From: Dehalococcoidia bacterium
Lineage (GTDB): Bacteria; Chloroflexota; Dehalococcoidia; Plut-88900
Length of the DNA stretch: 64,000 nt
NCBI GenBank assembly: GCA_965197585.1
Contig: OZ240215.1
Location: 1,184,001-1,248,000 of the forward strand
Reading direction: 5' to 3'
Under the pieces are notes generated by a model, which made no database searches, was not told the origin of the DNA, and saw only the letters and a list, made by a program, of their open reading frames with translations. Position numbers and translations under genes: made by a program. This document shows, piece by piece, positions 40,038 to 50,125 of the stretch; positions within the stretch are counted from its first letter, which is position 1, and every line of letters starts with the position of its first letter.

Positions 40038-40389
40038 ATTCCGAGGCTCCGCGAGGAATCTGGGGCGAGGGACTCAGGATTGGATAACATGTCTCGTATT
40101 GCCAATATGTTCCAGCATAGGGAGTTACGCAAAGGTCTCTCGATGGGCGAGGGCTAGGGCCGTAGGCTCGCTGAGGAGAGTGAGGGTGATCTCCCTTTCC
40201 GCTCCTATCCTTCCTCTTCCCCGTAGAAGTAATCCTCGTTGTTGCCCTGCACCAAGGCGTGACCCCTCGCATAACCGTCATTCTGGCCCCCGAGCCGGAA
40301 TCCATCCCCTCCCCGTAGAGGCAACGCTCGTGGTTGCTACAGCTCGGGGGGCGGGCTCACAAAGCACACCCTGCCCCCTCTCCCTTGGC

Positions 40390-40532
40390 GTGACCCTTGC
40401 ATAACTTGTGACAGAAGGGCCGCTCGTGCTGTCGCAGATCCGCCGAGGCGGGAGACCCGTCGAAGTATGAGCGGGGGGGGACGCCGATCAGAATAGCAAA
40501 TGGGGCTTGTTATGCAGTTACGCAAAGGACCC
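40390..40532 (+). mobile_element. MITE-like TIR element in a family C palindrome
   Basis: GTGACCCTTGCATAAC...GTTACGCAAAGGACCC flanked by TTGGC/TCGAT. Contains family B plus a 21-bp insert. Confidence 0.65.
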
Positions 40533-40626
40533 TCGATGAAAGAGGGTGAGGGTGATATCAGATGACAAGTGAAGAGTGCACCTGTATTGATGAAGTTAGC
40601 GGTGTTAGTGCGCAGTTGCTCAAGCC

Positions 40627-41391
40627 CTACCCAGCCAACCCACACACGAGAATCTGGTGATTGTCCCCCGACTCAAATGTCTTTGACTCGAAATCACCAT
40701 ACTTGGCACGCACCTCGAACCCGTTGTACTTGAGCAAAGCCTCCAGCTCCAGCGGGAAGTACATCCGAATGCTGATATGCTCGCTCGGCTGCTCTTCCAC
40801 GCAGGGCAGCGAGTAATGGAGAGTCAGGTGCTGGACCTGGGTCGCGGTATCGTAGACGCTGCTGAAGTCTACCCGCACTATTCCATCGCCGTTGGGGTGT
40901 TCGTATTCTAGGAAGGGCGACCTCTCCCCCTCCCCCCGATTCAGAATCTCCATCGAGGGGTTGTATAGCTCCATTATGAACAGGCCTCCCGGCGATAGAT
41001 GCTCCTTCACCCGAGACAGGCACCCCTCCAGGTCCTCAATTGTCAGCATACGGGAGATGCTCTGGGAAGGGCAGATAATAAGCGGGAACGTCTTCCCAAG
41101 CGAGAAGTACCGCATGTCTGCCTTCACCCACTCGACGTCGAGCCCCCCCTCCTCGGAGTTCCTCCCCGCCTGCTCAAGCATCGACTCCGCCAGGTCGATT
41201 CCCATCACCTCAAACCCTTCACGGGCCAGCGGCATCGCTATCCTTCCCGTCCCGCAAGCCAATTCCAGGATCGGCCCGCCGTAACGCCTCGCCTGCCCGA
41301 CCCAGAAATCCACGTCTTCCGTAAAGTTACTGTAAGCCAGATCGTAGTGCCGACCGTCCAGGTAGGTGCGTTGTAAGTTGCTGGAGCTCAT
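40627..41391 (-). CDS. Class I SAM-dependent methyltransferase
   Basis: ILELACGTGR, GIDLAESML, ADMR, HLSPGG, YGDF. Confidence 0.9.
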   Translation of the reverse strand: MSSSNLQRTYLDGRHYDLAYSNFTEDVDFWVGQARRYGGPILELACGTGRIAMPLAREGFEVMGIDLAESMLEQAGRNSEEGGLDVEWVKADMRYFSLGKTFPLIICPSQSISRMLTIEDLEGCLSRVKEHLSPGGLFIMELYNPSMEILNRGEGERSPFLEYEHPNGDGIVRVDFSSVYDTATQVQHLTLHYSLPCVEEQPSEHISIRMYFPLELEALLKYNGFEVRAKYGDFESKTFESGDNHQILVCGLAG

Positions 41392-41400
41392 CAGTGCGGT

Positions 41401-42651
41401 CTACCCCGGAACACTTACATCCTGCGCCTCAGCGAAGAAGTCGATCCGCGCCTGCTCGTCGAGAGCCCTGTCAGGCCCGAGGTAGAACGCGTGGAGGTGA
41501 CCAAAGGGGTCCAGCTTCATCTTGGGCACCACCCGTGAGCGCAGGTCCCGAGACTTCGGGTCCATCAGCAGATGGGACGTCCAGACCTCGAAAGTGTGGT
41601 TGATCGCATAGAACGCATCATGGGCGGCTGCATACGAGTGGCCCGCCTGCTCCCAGTCCTGATTCGAGACCAAAGCATCTTTCAATAACCGGGCATCTCG
41701 TAGGCTAGTTGAAAGCCCTTGTCCCCAGGTCGGGTCCCCCGTCGAGGCCGCATCCCCGATTAACGCAATGCCGTCCTTAAAGGGGTGATCGACCCACGCG
41801 TGGGCACCGTCAAACGTGGCAAGAGGCCCCGCAGGCCTCGCCCCCGAGAATACGTCCTCCGGCGCTCCCGTCGACAGAAACCCTTCTATGAAGTGTTCCC
41901 CGTCCTTCGCGCCGCTGAGTCTATAGCCGGCATCCCATCGATGGCACAAGTAAGCCCGTACCCGACCCCGGCCCTGTGGAAACAGTATGGCAGCCAGTCC
42001 CGCATTCGGGTTGGCCCAGTGGTGCGCCGCGTCATCAGCTACTCCCATGTCGTCGAAGAGCAGTCCGGCCACCAGGTTGGATTCCGGGTCCTTGTTCACC
42101 TGAAAGCCGCCCAACGCCCGGGTCTGCGAGGCCCGGCCATCCGCCCCCACCAGCATCCGGCAATTCACCTTCTCGGAGACCTCCCCATCGACTCGCACCG
42201 TCAGTACCCCTCCCTCCCTATCCAGCCCCTTGACCCGTGTCCCTCGCACCACCCTGACCTCTGCCGCCAACGCCGCGTCCATTAGGCTCTTCTGCAGTGT
42301 CGGGTGGTAGAACGTCAACGCCGATACCCCAGCTCCCGTGTCATTCACGAGGTCGCCGTGGAACATCCGCTTCGGGCCTCCGTACATGTCCAGCCAGAGG
42401 ATCCGATGTCCCCCCGCCCCGACTATGTCGTCGTAGATTCCCAACGCTTTCGTCTCGACCACGCCCCACGGGAAGATGAACTCCCCCCTGACCCTGTCCC
42501 TGAACTCCGTGGTCGCCTCGACTAGCAGTACGCCGTATCCGGCTCTCGCCATGGAAACAGCGAGACTCGCCCCTGCGATTCCCGCCCCGGCTACTACCAG
42601 GTCGTAAGTGTTCCCTCTCTTGTCTTTATTACCGTTATGTACAGTAGCCAT
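41401..42651 (-). CDS. FAD-dependent monooxygenase (UbiH / squalene epoxidase-like fold)
   Basis: GAGIAG, RVRGE, VGADG, LIGDAA...DPTWGQGLS. Confidence 0.88.
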   Translation of the reverse strand: MATVHNGNKDKRGNTYDLVVAGAGIAGASLAVSMARAGYGVLLVEATTEFRDRVRGEFIFPWGVVETKALGIYDDIVGAGGHRILWLDMYGGPKRMFHGDLVNDTGAGVSALTFYHPTLQKSLMDAALAAEVRVVRGTRVKGLDREGGVLTVRVDGEVSEKVNCRMLVGADGRASQTRALGGFQVNKDPESNLVAGLLFDDMGVADDAAHHWANPNAGLAAILFPQGRGRVRAYLCHRWDAGYRLSGAKDGEHFIEGFLSTGAPEDVFSGARPAGPLATFDGAHAWVDHPFKDGIALIGDAASTGDPTWGQGLSTSLRDARLLKDALVSNQDWEQAGHSYAAAHDAFYAINHTFEVWTSHLLMDPKSRDLRSRVVPKMKLDPFGHLHAFYLGPDRALDEQARIDFFAEAQDVSVPG

Positions 42652-45600
42652 TCCTAAGGTCCTGTTCCCGTATGTCCTCGTCACGCAGGGTCGGGTCTCC
42701 GTATCCCCCACCCCCTGCGGCGTAGCAAAGTATCGTGTCTCCCGGCTTAACCGGCACCCTCGTCTCCTTCGAACGGAGCACCCTCTCCCCGCCGTCTTCC
42801 GACACGATGCTGTATCGATGCGCCCAACCGGGTCTGCCTCCCAGCAGCCCGAAAGGCGGGTTAACGATTCCGTCCCCCGCAGTGTTCATCCTGGCTCCGG
42901 GTTCCCCCTCATAGACAAGCTCCACCACGCTCCCGAGACCGCCCCTCCACCGCCCATCGCCCCCGGAATCGGGCAGCAGTTCGTAGCGGGGTATGAAGAA
43001 GGGGAACCGCTCCTCGGTGACCTCCACGCTGGGGCTCCTGATGCCCCCCGCCACGTTGATCTCCCCGACGTTCGACCAGCCGTCGAACCCATCTGATGCC
43101 CCGCCTCCCCCGCGCCCGAGGAAGAAGTGCCAGATGAACCTCCTGCCGGTCTTGGGGTCTTCGCCCGTAATCGCGTACCTCAGTCGGCGGGAGAACCCTG
43201 CAGTCACTGCGTCGGGCACGGCATTTACCATGGCCCGGAAGACCGCCTCGACTATCTCTTCGCCGCAGTGGTTGGTGCTCATCGTCACCGGGGCCGGCGG
43301 GTTCGGGTTCACGATCAGCCCCTTCGGTGCAATGACGGTGATGGGTCTCATCGACCCCTCGTTCCTCGCCACGTCAAAAGGAGCCATATACATCAGCGAT
43401 ACATGGGCAAGTGAGCGGGTGTTCGCGTAGGCACTGTTGATAAAGCCCGTGACCTGTTTGCTCGACTCGCTCAGGTCGATGGTCATTTTGTCCCCGGCAA
43501 TCGTCACCGTGGCCCGGATCGGCACCATCTTCGCATCGAAACCGTCGTCATCGATGAACGATTCACCCTTGTACACGCCGTCGGGCCAGTTGGAGATCAT
43601 TTCCCTCACCTGCACCTCGGTCCCGTGCAGGATCTCATCCACTGCCCGGCTAAGCCCCTCTGCGCCATATCGTTCCAGCATGGCAATGATCCGCCGAGCC
43701 GCTATCCTCACCGACCCAAACTGCGCCTGAAAGTCCCCGAGAAAGTTCTCCGGATGACGCACGTTCGCCGAAAGCATCTGCAGCACGTCGTCTCTGGCAA
43801 CTCCCTTCTCGATCAGCTTCAGGGGTGGTATGCGTATACCCTCCTGGTATATCTCACTGGCCGAGGGGTTATACCCCCCGTGGGTCGCCCCGCCGACATC
43901 GCTGTGATGGGCGCGGTTTACGGCGAAGAACCGGAGTTTGCCATCGTAGAAGATCGGTTGGATGACAGTAATGTCGGGTATATGGCTTCCCCCGAAATAG
44001 GGATCGTTCAGGGCGAACATGTCCCCATCGTATATCCGGTCTCCGAAGTACTGCTTGACCGCCGCCCCAGCCAGGGGCAACGCGCTTATGTGGACCGGAA
44101 TTCCCTCGCCCTGGGCCACGAGCTGACAGTCGGCATCAATTATCGCCGTCGAAAAGTCTCTGCTGGAGTTCAGGATCTGCGACATCGACGTCCGAATCAT
44201 TACCTCAGCCATCTCCAGCGCAATAGTGTTCAACCGACTCTCAACCACGGCCACGGTAATCGGATCGGGCTTGCCACCCTTGTCGGTCTCAATCTCGTCC
44301 TCTTCTATCGCCACCTGCATTCTCATGCCGCCATAGCCATCGGCTATCGCTGTATCCCCTGCCTGTAGCAATATCGTCGTGAAGTTCGACTCGACGATCA
44401 CCGGCCCCTCCATCTCCCACGAGGCAGGCATTTTGTCCATGTCATAGACTGGGACATCCGCCCACCCGCCGAGATATACGCTCCGCTTACCCTTAAGCGC
44501 GTCCTCTAGCCTTCCCTTGCCCTCAGACTTGGGCAAATCCACCGGGTCAAGGGCCCCGAACACCGACGCCCGTAGCGTCACCAGCCTGACCTCCTGGTCC
44601 GACTGCTGATAGGAGTACAGCTCCTGGTACCGCCTGTGAAGGTTCGCCGACAACTGTTCCAATATCGCCGAGTCATCCTGCGACAGGTCAGGCACCGGCA
44701 CGTTGACCTCAAATATCTGGTCCAGGTACCGCATGTCCGCAGACACCGACACGCTGATATCCTCGTCCGACACACCCTGCTCCCGCAGCCTGGTCATGCC
44801 CCTCTCTCCCATCTCCGCCGATAACCGGCGCACCTCTCCCAGGTCTATGCTGTCCAGGCTGACCGGGTGCGACAGGGAGAAGTCGTACCGGAGGTCTGTC
44901 GAGAGCATTCCGTAGGCAGACTGCACCGGCGCCGTGGATGGCACGTATATCCTTTCGATGTGCAGCTGACGGGCCATCTCGCTTACGTGCAGCCCCGCCG
45001 ACCCCCCGAAGGCCAGCAGTGAGAAGTCCCGGGGATCGACCCCCCTTCTCGCCGCCAGCAGCCGTATCCCCTCCGCCATGTTCGTCGATACAACTTGATG
45101 TACTCCGAACGCAGCCTCCACCGTCGACATCCCCAGCCCGGCAAGTTCCTTATCTAATGCCTCTTCCGCCTTGGCCCTGTCCAACGACTCCCGTCCCCCC
45201 AGGAAATTCGTCGCCGAAAGAAACCCGAGTACAAGGTTGGAGTCCGCTACCGTTGGCTTGTCGCCGCCCTTGCCGTAGCAGGCAGGCCCGGGCTCTGCGC
45301 CCGCGCTCTCCGGCCCGACCCTCAGAATCCCCCCGGGATCAACCCGCGCTATGCTGCCGCCCCCCGCCCCCAGGGTGTGAATGTCGATCATCGGTACCGC
45401 TATCTTCCACCCCGCCTCGAACTGCTCCGTCGTCACGTGGGGAACGCCGTCTTCTATCAGGGATATGTCGGTGCTGGTGCCTCCCATGTCGAACCCGATA
45501 AGGTTGGCTTCGCCCACCAGGTCGCCGTAGCTCTTGGCCCCGGCCACCCCACCCGCCGGCCCCGACAGGATCGCCTTGACCGCCTGGTTCTTCGCATCAT

Positions 45601-46354
45601 CGATGGGTGTCACGCCGCCGTTGGACTGCATTATCAGGATATCGTTGGAATCGCTGAACGCAGCCAGCCGCTCATTTAGACGGGTCAAGTACCTTCCGAA
45701 GACCGGCCCGACATACGAGTTGACCACCGTCGTGCTCAACCTGTCGAACTCCTTGATCTGCGGCAGGATTTCGTGCGAAAGCGACGTGTATAGCCCCGGT
45801 GCCAGTTCCTCGATTATCTCGCCCACCCGCCGTTCGTGCTCCGGGTTGAGATACGAAAATAGGAAGCAAACCGCCAGCCCCTCGACCCCCTCTTCCAGCA
45901 TTCCTTTCACCGCCACCGCCACCGCCGCCTCATCCAATTCGGTCTTTATCGATCCATCCGCCCGAGTACGCTCCGGCACTCCGATCCGCAGGTAGCGAGG
46001 CACCAGGGCCTCCATCTGCTTCATCCTCAGGTTGTACCGGTCCTCTTTCATCCCCTCCCGCATCTCCAGCAGGTCCCGGAACCCGCCCGTGGTGATCAGC
46101 CCCACCTTGGCCCCTTTCCGCTCGACCAGCGTGTTGGTGGCAACAGTGGTGCCGTGAATGATCATCGACGTGCCGGACAGCAGTTCGGTAATCCCCAACC
46201 CATAGTCTTGGGCCACGTCCAGAAGGCCGTTCATGACGCCCTCGGAGGGGTCCTGGGGAGTGGAGGGGGTCTTGTACAACCGGGGCGCTTCTCCCGGCCT
46301 CGTGACCACCAGGTCGGTGAAAGTGCCCCCTACGTCGATTCCAATTTTGAACAT
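42635..46354 (-). CDS. Fused hydantoinase A + B / 5-oxoprolinase-family ATP-dependent lactamase
   Basis: DVGGTFTD, HGTTVATN, SGPAGG, DMGGTSTD, GAGGGS in the A part. SRDFS, NDPYFGGSHIPD, AHHSDVGG, GGGGYGDP in the B part. Confidence 0.93.
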   Translation of the reverse strand: MFKIGIDVGGTFTDLVVTRPGEAPRLYKTPSTPQDPSEGVMNGLLDVAQDYGLGITELLSGTSMIIHGTTVATNTLVERKGAKVGLITTGGFRDLLEMREGMKEDRYNLRMKQMEALVPRYLRIGVPERTRADGSIKTELDEAAVAVAVKGMLEEGVEGLAVCFLFSYLNPEHERRVGEIIEELAPGLYTSLSHEILPQIKEFDRLSTTVVNSYVGPVFGRYLTRLNERLAAFSDSNDILIMQSNGGVTPIDDAKNQAVKAILSGPAGGVAGAKSYGDLVGEANLIGFDMGGTSTDISLIEDGVPHVTTEQFEAGWKIAVPMIDIHTLGAGGGSIARVDPGGILRVGPESAGAEPGPACYGKGGDKPTVADSNLVLGFLSATNFLGGRESLDRAKAEEALDKELAGLGMSTVEAAFGVHQVVSTNMAEGIRLLAARRGVDPRDFSLLAFGGSAGLHVSEMARQLHIERIYVPSTAPVQSAYGMLSTDLRYDFSLSHPVSLDSIDLGEVRRLSAEMGERGMTRLREQGVSDEDISVSVSADMRYLDQIFEVNVPVPDLSQDDSAILEQLSANLHRRYQELYSYQQSDQEVRLVTLRASVFGALDPVDLPKSEGKGRLEDALKGKRSVYLGGWADVPVYDMDKMPASWEMEGPVIVESNFTTILLQAGDTAIADGYGGMRMQVAIEEDEIETDKGGKPDPITVAVVESRLNTIALEMAEVMIRTSMSQILNSSRDFSTAIIDADCQLVAQGEGIPVHISALPLAGAAVKQYFGDRIYDGDMFALNDPYFGGSHIPDITVIQPIFYDGKLRFFAVNRAHHSDVGGATHGGYNPSASEIYQEGIRIPPLKLIEKGVARDDVLQMLSANVRHPENFLGDFQAQFGSVRIAARRIIAMLERYGAEGLSRAVDEILHGTEVQVREMISNWPDGVYKGESFIDDDGFDAKMVPIRATVTIAGDKMTIDLSESSKQVTGFINSAYANTRSLAHVSLMYMAPFDVARNEGSMRPITVIAPKGLIVNPNPPAPVTMSTNHCGEEIVEAVFRAMVNAVPDAVTAGFSRRLRYAITGEDPKTGRRFIWHFFLGRGGGGASDGFDGWSNVGEINVAGGIRSPSVEVTEERFPFFIPRYELLPDSGGDGRWRGGLGSVVELVYEGEPGARMNTAGDGIVNPPFGLLGGRPGWAHRYSIVSEDGGERVLRSKETRVPVKPGDTILCYAAGGGGYGDPTLRDEDIREQDLRNGYCT

Positions 46355-46445
46355 GTCTAGTCCTTGCCCGGCGTGCTGGATTTCGGGGTATTATTACCCG
46401 TCAGCCCGATTTGTTCAATCGACTACCACACCCCTCGACATCCGA

Positions 46446-47492
46446 ATGAAACCCCAGCAACCCACAAAGGAAGCCGCCTGGCATAAGCTGGTCGACTACA
46501 TTCTCGGCTATCAGGCCACCTGGATCACCGATATCGGCCTGAAGGCCGGGCTATTCAAGGCCATCTCCGAGGCAGATTCCCTCGGTACGACCGAAAACGC
46601 CCTTGCCGAGACCCTTGGCTTCTCGCCCCGCTATGTCGGCATCTGGTGCCGCGCCGCCTACGCCTTCGAGATGTTGGACTGGGATGAGGCCTCTGGGTAT
46701 CGACTCGCTCCCCACATGGACTCCCTCCTCCTGAATCCCACCGACCCCCTTTTCCTCGGAGGCAGGATCCAGTTCAACGCCGCCCTCCACCAGGACTTTC
46801 ACGCTTTCCCCAAATACCTGCCCTCAGGCGGCGTATGGCCCAGAAGCGAGCACGATCCCTGGCTCCTCGAAGCTCTGAAGAACATGACCAAGCCCGACTA
46901 CGCCGTCATCACCGACACTGTCCTCCCGCAAGTCATGAATACTGAAGACCCGGCGGAAGTGGACATCGACATCCTGGACGTGGGCTCCGGGGCAGGATAC
47001 GGCGTCGTGCACTATGTAAAGCGTTTCCCCAAGGCCCGAGTCCTGGGCATCGAATACGACGCCCCCAGCGCAGCCCTCGCGGTCAAAACTCTCGCCGAGT
47101 CCAACTCCGGCGACCGCGCACGAGTCTTACAAGCCGACGCCAATTTAATGGACTACGACTCCGCTTTCGACGTGGTCACCATGAACGTCACTCTCCACGA
47201 GGTCGGGGGCCCCGACTCTTACCGTAACGTCCTATCCCGCGCCCACCGAGCCCTGCATCCCGGGGGCGTCATCGTCGTATCCGAACTTCCTTATCCCGAT
47301 TCACCAAAGGACTACCGTGGCAACCCCGCATACCAGATGATGGCCGGCGTCCAGCTCCACGAAGCCCTGGTCGGCTGCGGTATGATTACCCAGGGCGAGC
47401 TGCGGAGCCTTCTAAACTCCGCAGGCTTCCGGTACGTCAAAGCCCCGGAACATCCCCTCCCCACCCGCTTCATACTTACAGGCAGAAAATGA
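46446..47492 (+). CDS. Class I SAM methyltransferase with N-terminal wHTH/dimerisation domain
   Basis: IGLKAGLF...LAETLG...WCRAA N-domain, LDVGSGAG, LHEV, ALHPGG. Confidence 0.87.
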   Translation: MKPQQPTKEAAWHKLVDYILGYQATWITDIGLKAGLFKAISEADSLGTTENALAETLGFSPRYVGIWCRAAYAFEMLDWDEASGYRLAPHMDSLLLNPTDPLFLGGRIQFNAALHQDFHAFPKYLPSGGVWPRSEHDPWLLEALKNMTKPDYAVITDTVLPQVMNTEDPAEVDIDILDVGSGAGYGVVHYVKRFPKARVLGIEYDAPSAALAVKTLAESNSGDRARVLQADANLMDYDSAFDVVTMNVTLHEVGGPDSYRNVLSRAHRALHPGGVIVVSELPYPDSPKDYRGNPAYQMMAGVQLHEALVGCGMITQGELRSLLNSAGFRYVKAPEHPLPTRFILTGRK

Positions 47493-47520
47493 TCGTAGTT
47501 GCATCGCCTAGGAGGATGAC

Positions 47521-48399
47521 ATGGATTTCGGAGTAGTCTTTCCACAAACGGAGATCGGCCCGGACCCTGAGGACGCCAAGGAGCTAATCCAGGCCACCGA
47601 GCAGATGGGCTTCGAGGGCCTGGTCGTATATGACCACGTCCTCGGCGCCAACACGGACTTCTACAAGAACAGCGGCATCAACTTCTTCTACGACATAGAC
47701 AGCAACTTCCACGAAATTTTCGTGCTCCTGGGTTGGGCCGCCGCCATCACCCAGCGCATCAAGCTCATCACCGGCATAGTCATCCTGCCTCAGCGTCAAA
47801 CTACCTTGGTAGCCAAGCAAGCGGCAGCAATAGATGTATTGAGTGGTGGCCGTCTGGTGCTCGGCATAGCAGTTGGTTGGAACCCCGTAGAGTTCGAGGC
47901 CCTCGGCGAGGATTTCCACAACCGCGGCAAGCGCATCGAGGAGCAGATCGACGTGATGCGGGCCCTCTGGACAAAGAAGGTCGTCAACTACCAGGGCCGT
48001 TGGCACACTATCAGGCAGGCAGGCCTCAAACCCTTCCCTGTACAGCAACCCATCCCGCTATGGATCGGGGGCGACTCCAATCCCGTTTTGAAGCGGACCG
48101 GCCGTCTTGGCGACGGCTGGTTCCCTACCACCGACCAACCCGGCAACGCCAGGCAGAAGATCCAAGTGATCCACGAGGCAGTTCGAGAGGCAGGCCGAGA
48201 CCCCTCAGACATCACCATCGCCGTCCAGATCAACCTCGAAGCCGTCCCCATGACAGACGTCGCCGACTACGTCAGAGGCTGGCAGGAAATCGGCGCCTCA
48301 AAATTCTACCTTGACACTATGAACTGCGGCCTGGACTCCGTAGCCAAGCACCTGGACGCCTTCAGGGAGTACAACGAAATCACCTCCGCCCTCCCCTAA
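47521..48399 (+). CDS. LLM-class, probably F420-dependent oxidoreductase
   Basis: FPQTEIG, YDHVLG, ILPQRQTTLVAKQAA, GWNPVEF, PLWIGG, GDGWFP. Strong SD. Confidence 0.9.
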   Translation: MDFGVVFPQTEIGPDPEDAKELIQATEQMGFEGLVVYDHVLGANTDFYKNSGINFFYDIDSNFHEIFVLLGWAAAITQRIKLITGIVILPQRQTTLVAKQAAAIDVLSGGRLVLGIAVGWNPVEFEALGEDFHNRGKRIEEQIDVMRALWTKKVVNYQGRWHTIRQAGLKPFPVQQPIPLWIGGDSNPVLKRTGRLGDGWFPTTDQPGNARQKIQVIHEAVREAGRDPSDITIAVQINLEAVPMTDVADYVRGWQEIGASKFYLDTMNCGLDSVAKHLDAFREYNEITSALP

Positions 48400-48678
48400 T
48401 CCCCCCCCCACCCTCCCCTAACCCCCCCACATCCGTCATTCCGGCCCCCGAGCCGGAATCCGTCCTATCTCCCCGCCATTCCCGTGCCCCGACACGGGAA
48501 TCCATTCGCTGGGGCTGAGGGGCCGCTCGTGCTGAGCCCCGTGGAAGTATGAGCCGGGCGGTGCCCACGCCAATACCCCACCCCACCCCCGTTGACGCCA
48601 CCCAACCCCAAAGCTACACTCCTCCTGGACATAGCAGCCAGTCAAGACCACTCACAACCCAAACCCCTGAGACCTCAA

Positions 48679-49812
48679 ATGCGCTTTGACATCACCCTCT
48701 ACACCCACGTCGGCGAGACCTACCCGTGGGAAAAGATAGTCGACGAGGCCGAAACCCAGGTCAAATTCGCCGACCAGGCCGGCTTCACCACCTTCTGGAT
48801 GGCCGAGCACCACTTCGCATGGGACGGCTGGTACAATTCCGCTCCCAACCCCATCCTCATGGGCACAAAGCTGTCCCGCCTCAGCGACAGGCTCAGGTTC
48901 GGACAGTGCGGAGTTGTACTACCAGACTGGCACCCCCTCCGCATCGCCGAGGACATCGCCCTCATGGACCAGTTCACCAAGGGCCGCGTGGACTTCGGCA
49001 TCGCCCGGGGCATAGATACCCGGGCCTCCATTCAGTTCAACCTCAACGCCGACAGGCGTAACCAGGAGTCCAACTACGCCCTCTTCTCCGAGTCCCTGGA
49101 CGTCATCATCGGCGCCTGGACACAGGACGCCTTCAGCCACGAAGGCAGATTCTACAAGTTCCCCGTCCCCGGCTGGATAGAGTCCAACCCCATGGTCCAA
49201 AATCCTGACTACCACGCCCCCAACGGCGAGCTGAAGGCCATGGGGGTCTTCCCAAAGCCCTTCCAGAAACCCCACCCCCCTATCTGGCAAATGGCCGACT
49301 CCCCCGGCTCCCACAGATTCGCTGGAAGCCGGGGCATGGGGGTCTTTTGCCAGTCCATATCCATCGGTAAGATTAAGGAGGCCTGGACCACCCACAACGA
49401 GGCGCTGTCTCAGTCCCAGAACCGCGAAGTCCCATTCGGAGAGAAACTCTGCATCGTCAGACCAACCTACGTCGCCGAGACCTATGAGCAGGCCATCGCC
49501 GACGTGAGTTGGGGCTCAAAGCAACTCGGCGCCTGGTACTCCCACAACCCCGTCAAAGCCTACTCCGCCATGGCAACCGAAGATGAGCTCGATCCCGGAG
49601 ACTTCGACCTCCCCTGGCTCGACTTCCAGCTCAAGCACGGCCTCGTCTGCGTCGGCACCCCAGAAACCATCTCCGAGCAGATCGAGAATCTCCAAAGCTC
49701 GGTTAACTGCGGACACATGGCCCTCTTCCTCAACTTCCCCGGCCTCACCTTCGAAAAGACCATGCGAAGCCTCACCCTTTTCGCCGAACAGGTAATGCCC
49801 AGGTTTCTCTAG
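48679..49812 (+). CDS. LLM-class flavin-dependent monooxygenase (tandem paralogue 1)
   Basis: AEHHFAWDGWY, WHPLRIAEDIA, GRVDFGIARG, PKPFQKPHPP, VGTPE. Confidence 0.92.
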   Translation: MRFDITLYTHVGETYPWEKIVDEAETQVKFADQAGFTTFWMAEHHFAWDGWYNSAPNPILMGTKLSRLSDRLRFGQCGVVLPDWHPLRIAEDIALMDQFTKGRVDFGIARGIDTRASIQFNLNADRRNQESNYALFSESLDVIIGAWTQDAFSHEGRFYKFPVPGWIESNPMVQNPDYHAPNGELKAMGVFPKPFQKPHPPIWQMADSPGSHRFAGSRGMGVFCQSISIGKIKEAWTTHNEALSQSQNREVPFGEKLCIVRPTYVAETYEQAIADVSWGSKQLGAWYSHNPVKAYSAMATEDELDPGDFDLPWLDFQLKHGLVCVGTPETISEQIENLQSSVNCGHMALFLNFPGLTFEKTMRSLTLFAEQVMPRFL

Positions 49813-50125
49813 TTACCTAACCCCACCCCCTCCGTCAGTCCTTGCCAAAACCCTTCTCCGAAAGGGCGGACGTGGTCTCCAGTCCCCTCTCCCCTCTCCC
49901 ACAACGGGACCTTTGCATAACCCGCGCCGGAGGGGCCAGGGCCGCTCGTGTTGAGGCTCTCGAAGTATGAGCGGGGGGAGGGAGGTAAGATGATCTGGAT
50001 GGCACCACAAGCGTGATCAGCAGTTACGGAGTGGCCCTGATTCAGAGGAAGCCACCCATGGTATATAATCACCGCGGCGGCACCCTGCATAAACATCAAC
50101 GCACACTCGACTCGGGAGACTAGGT

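Larger units (their letters stand above)
38957..40139 (+). mobile_element. MITE-like TIR element containing a family A palindrome that is itself interrupted by IS481
   Basis: GTGACCTTTGCATAAC (38957-72)...GTTACGCAAAGGTCTC (40124-39), flanked by TAGAT/TCGAT and family C arms. Confidence 0.75.
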
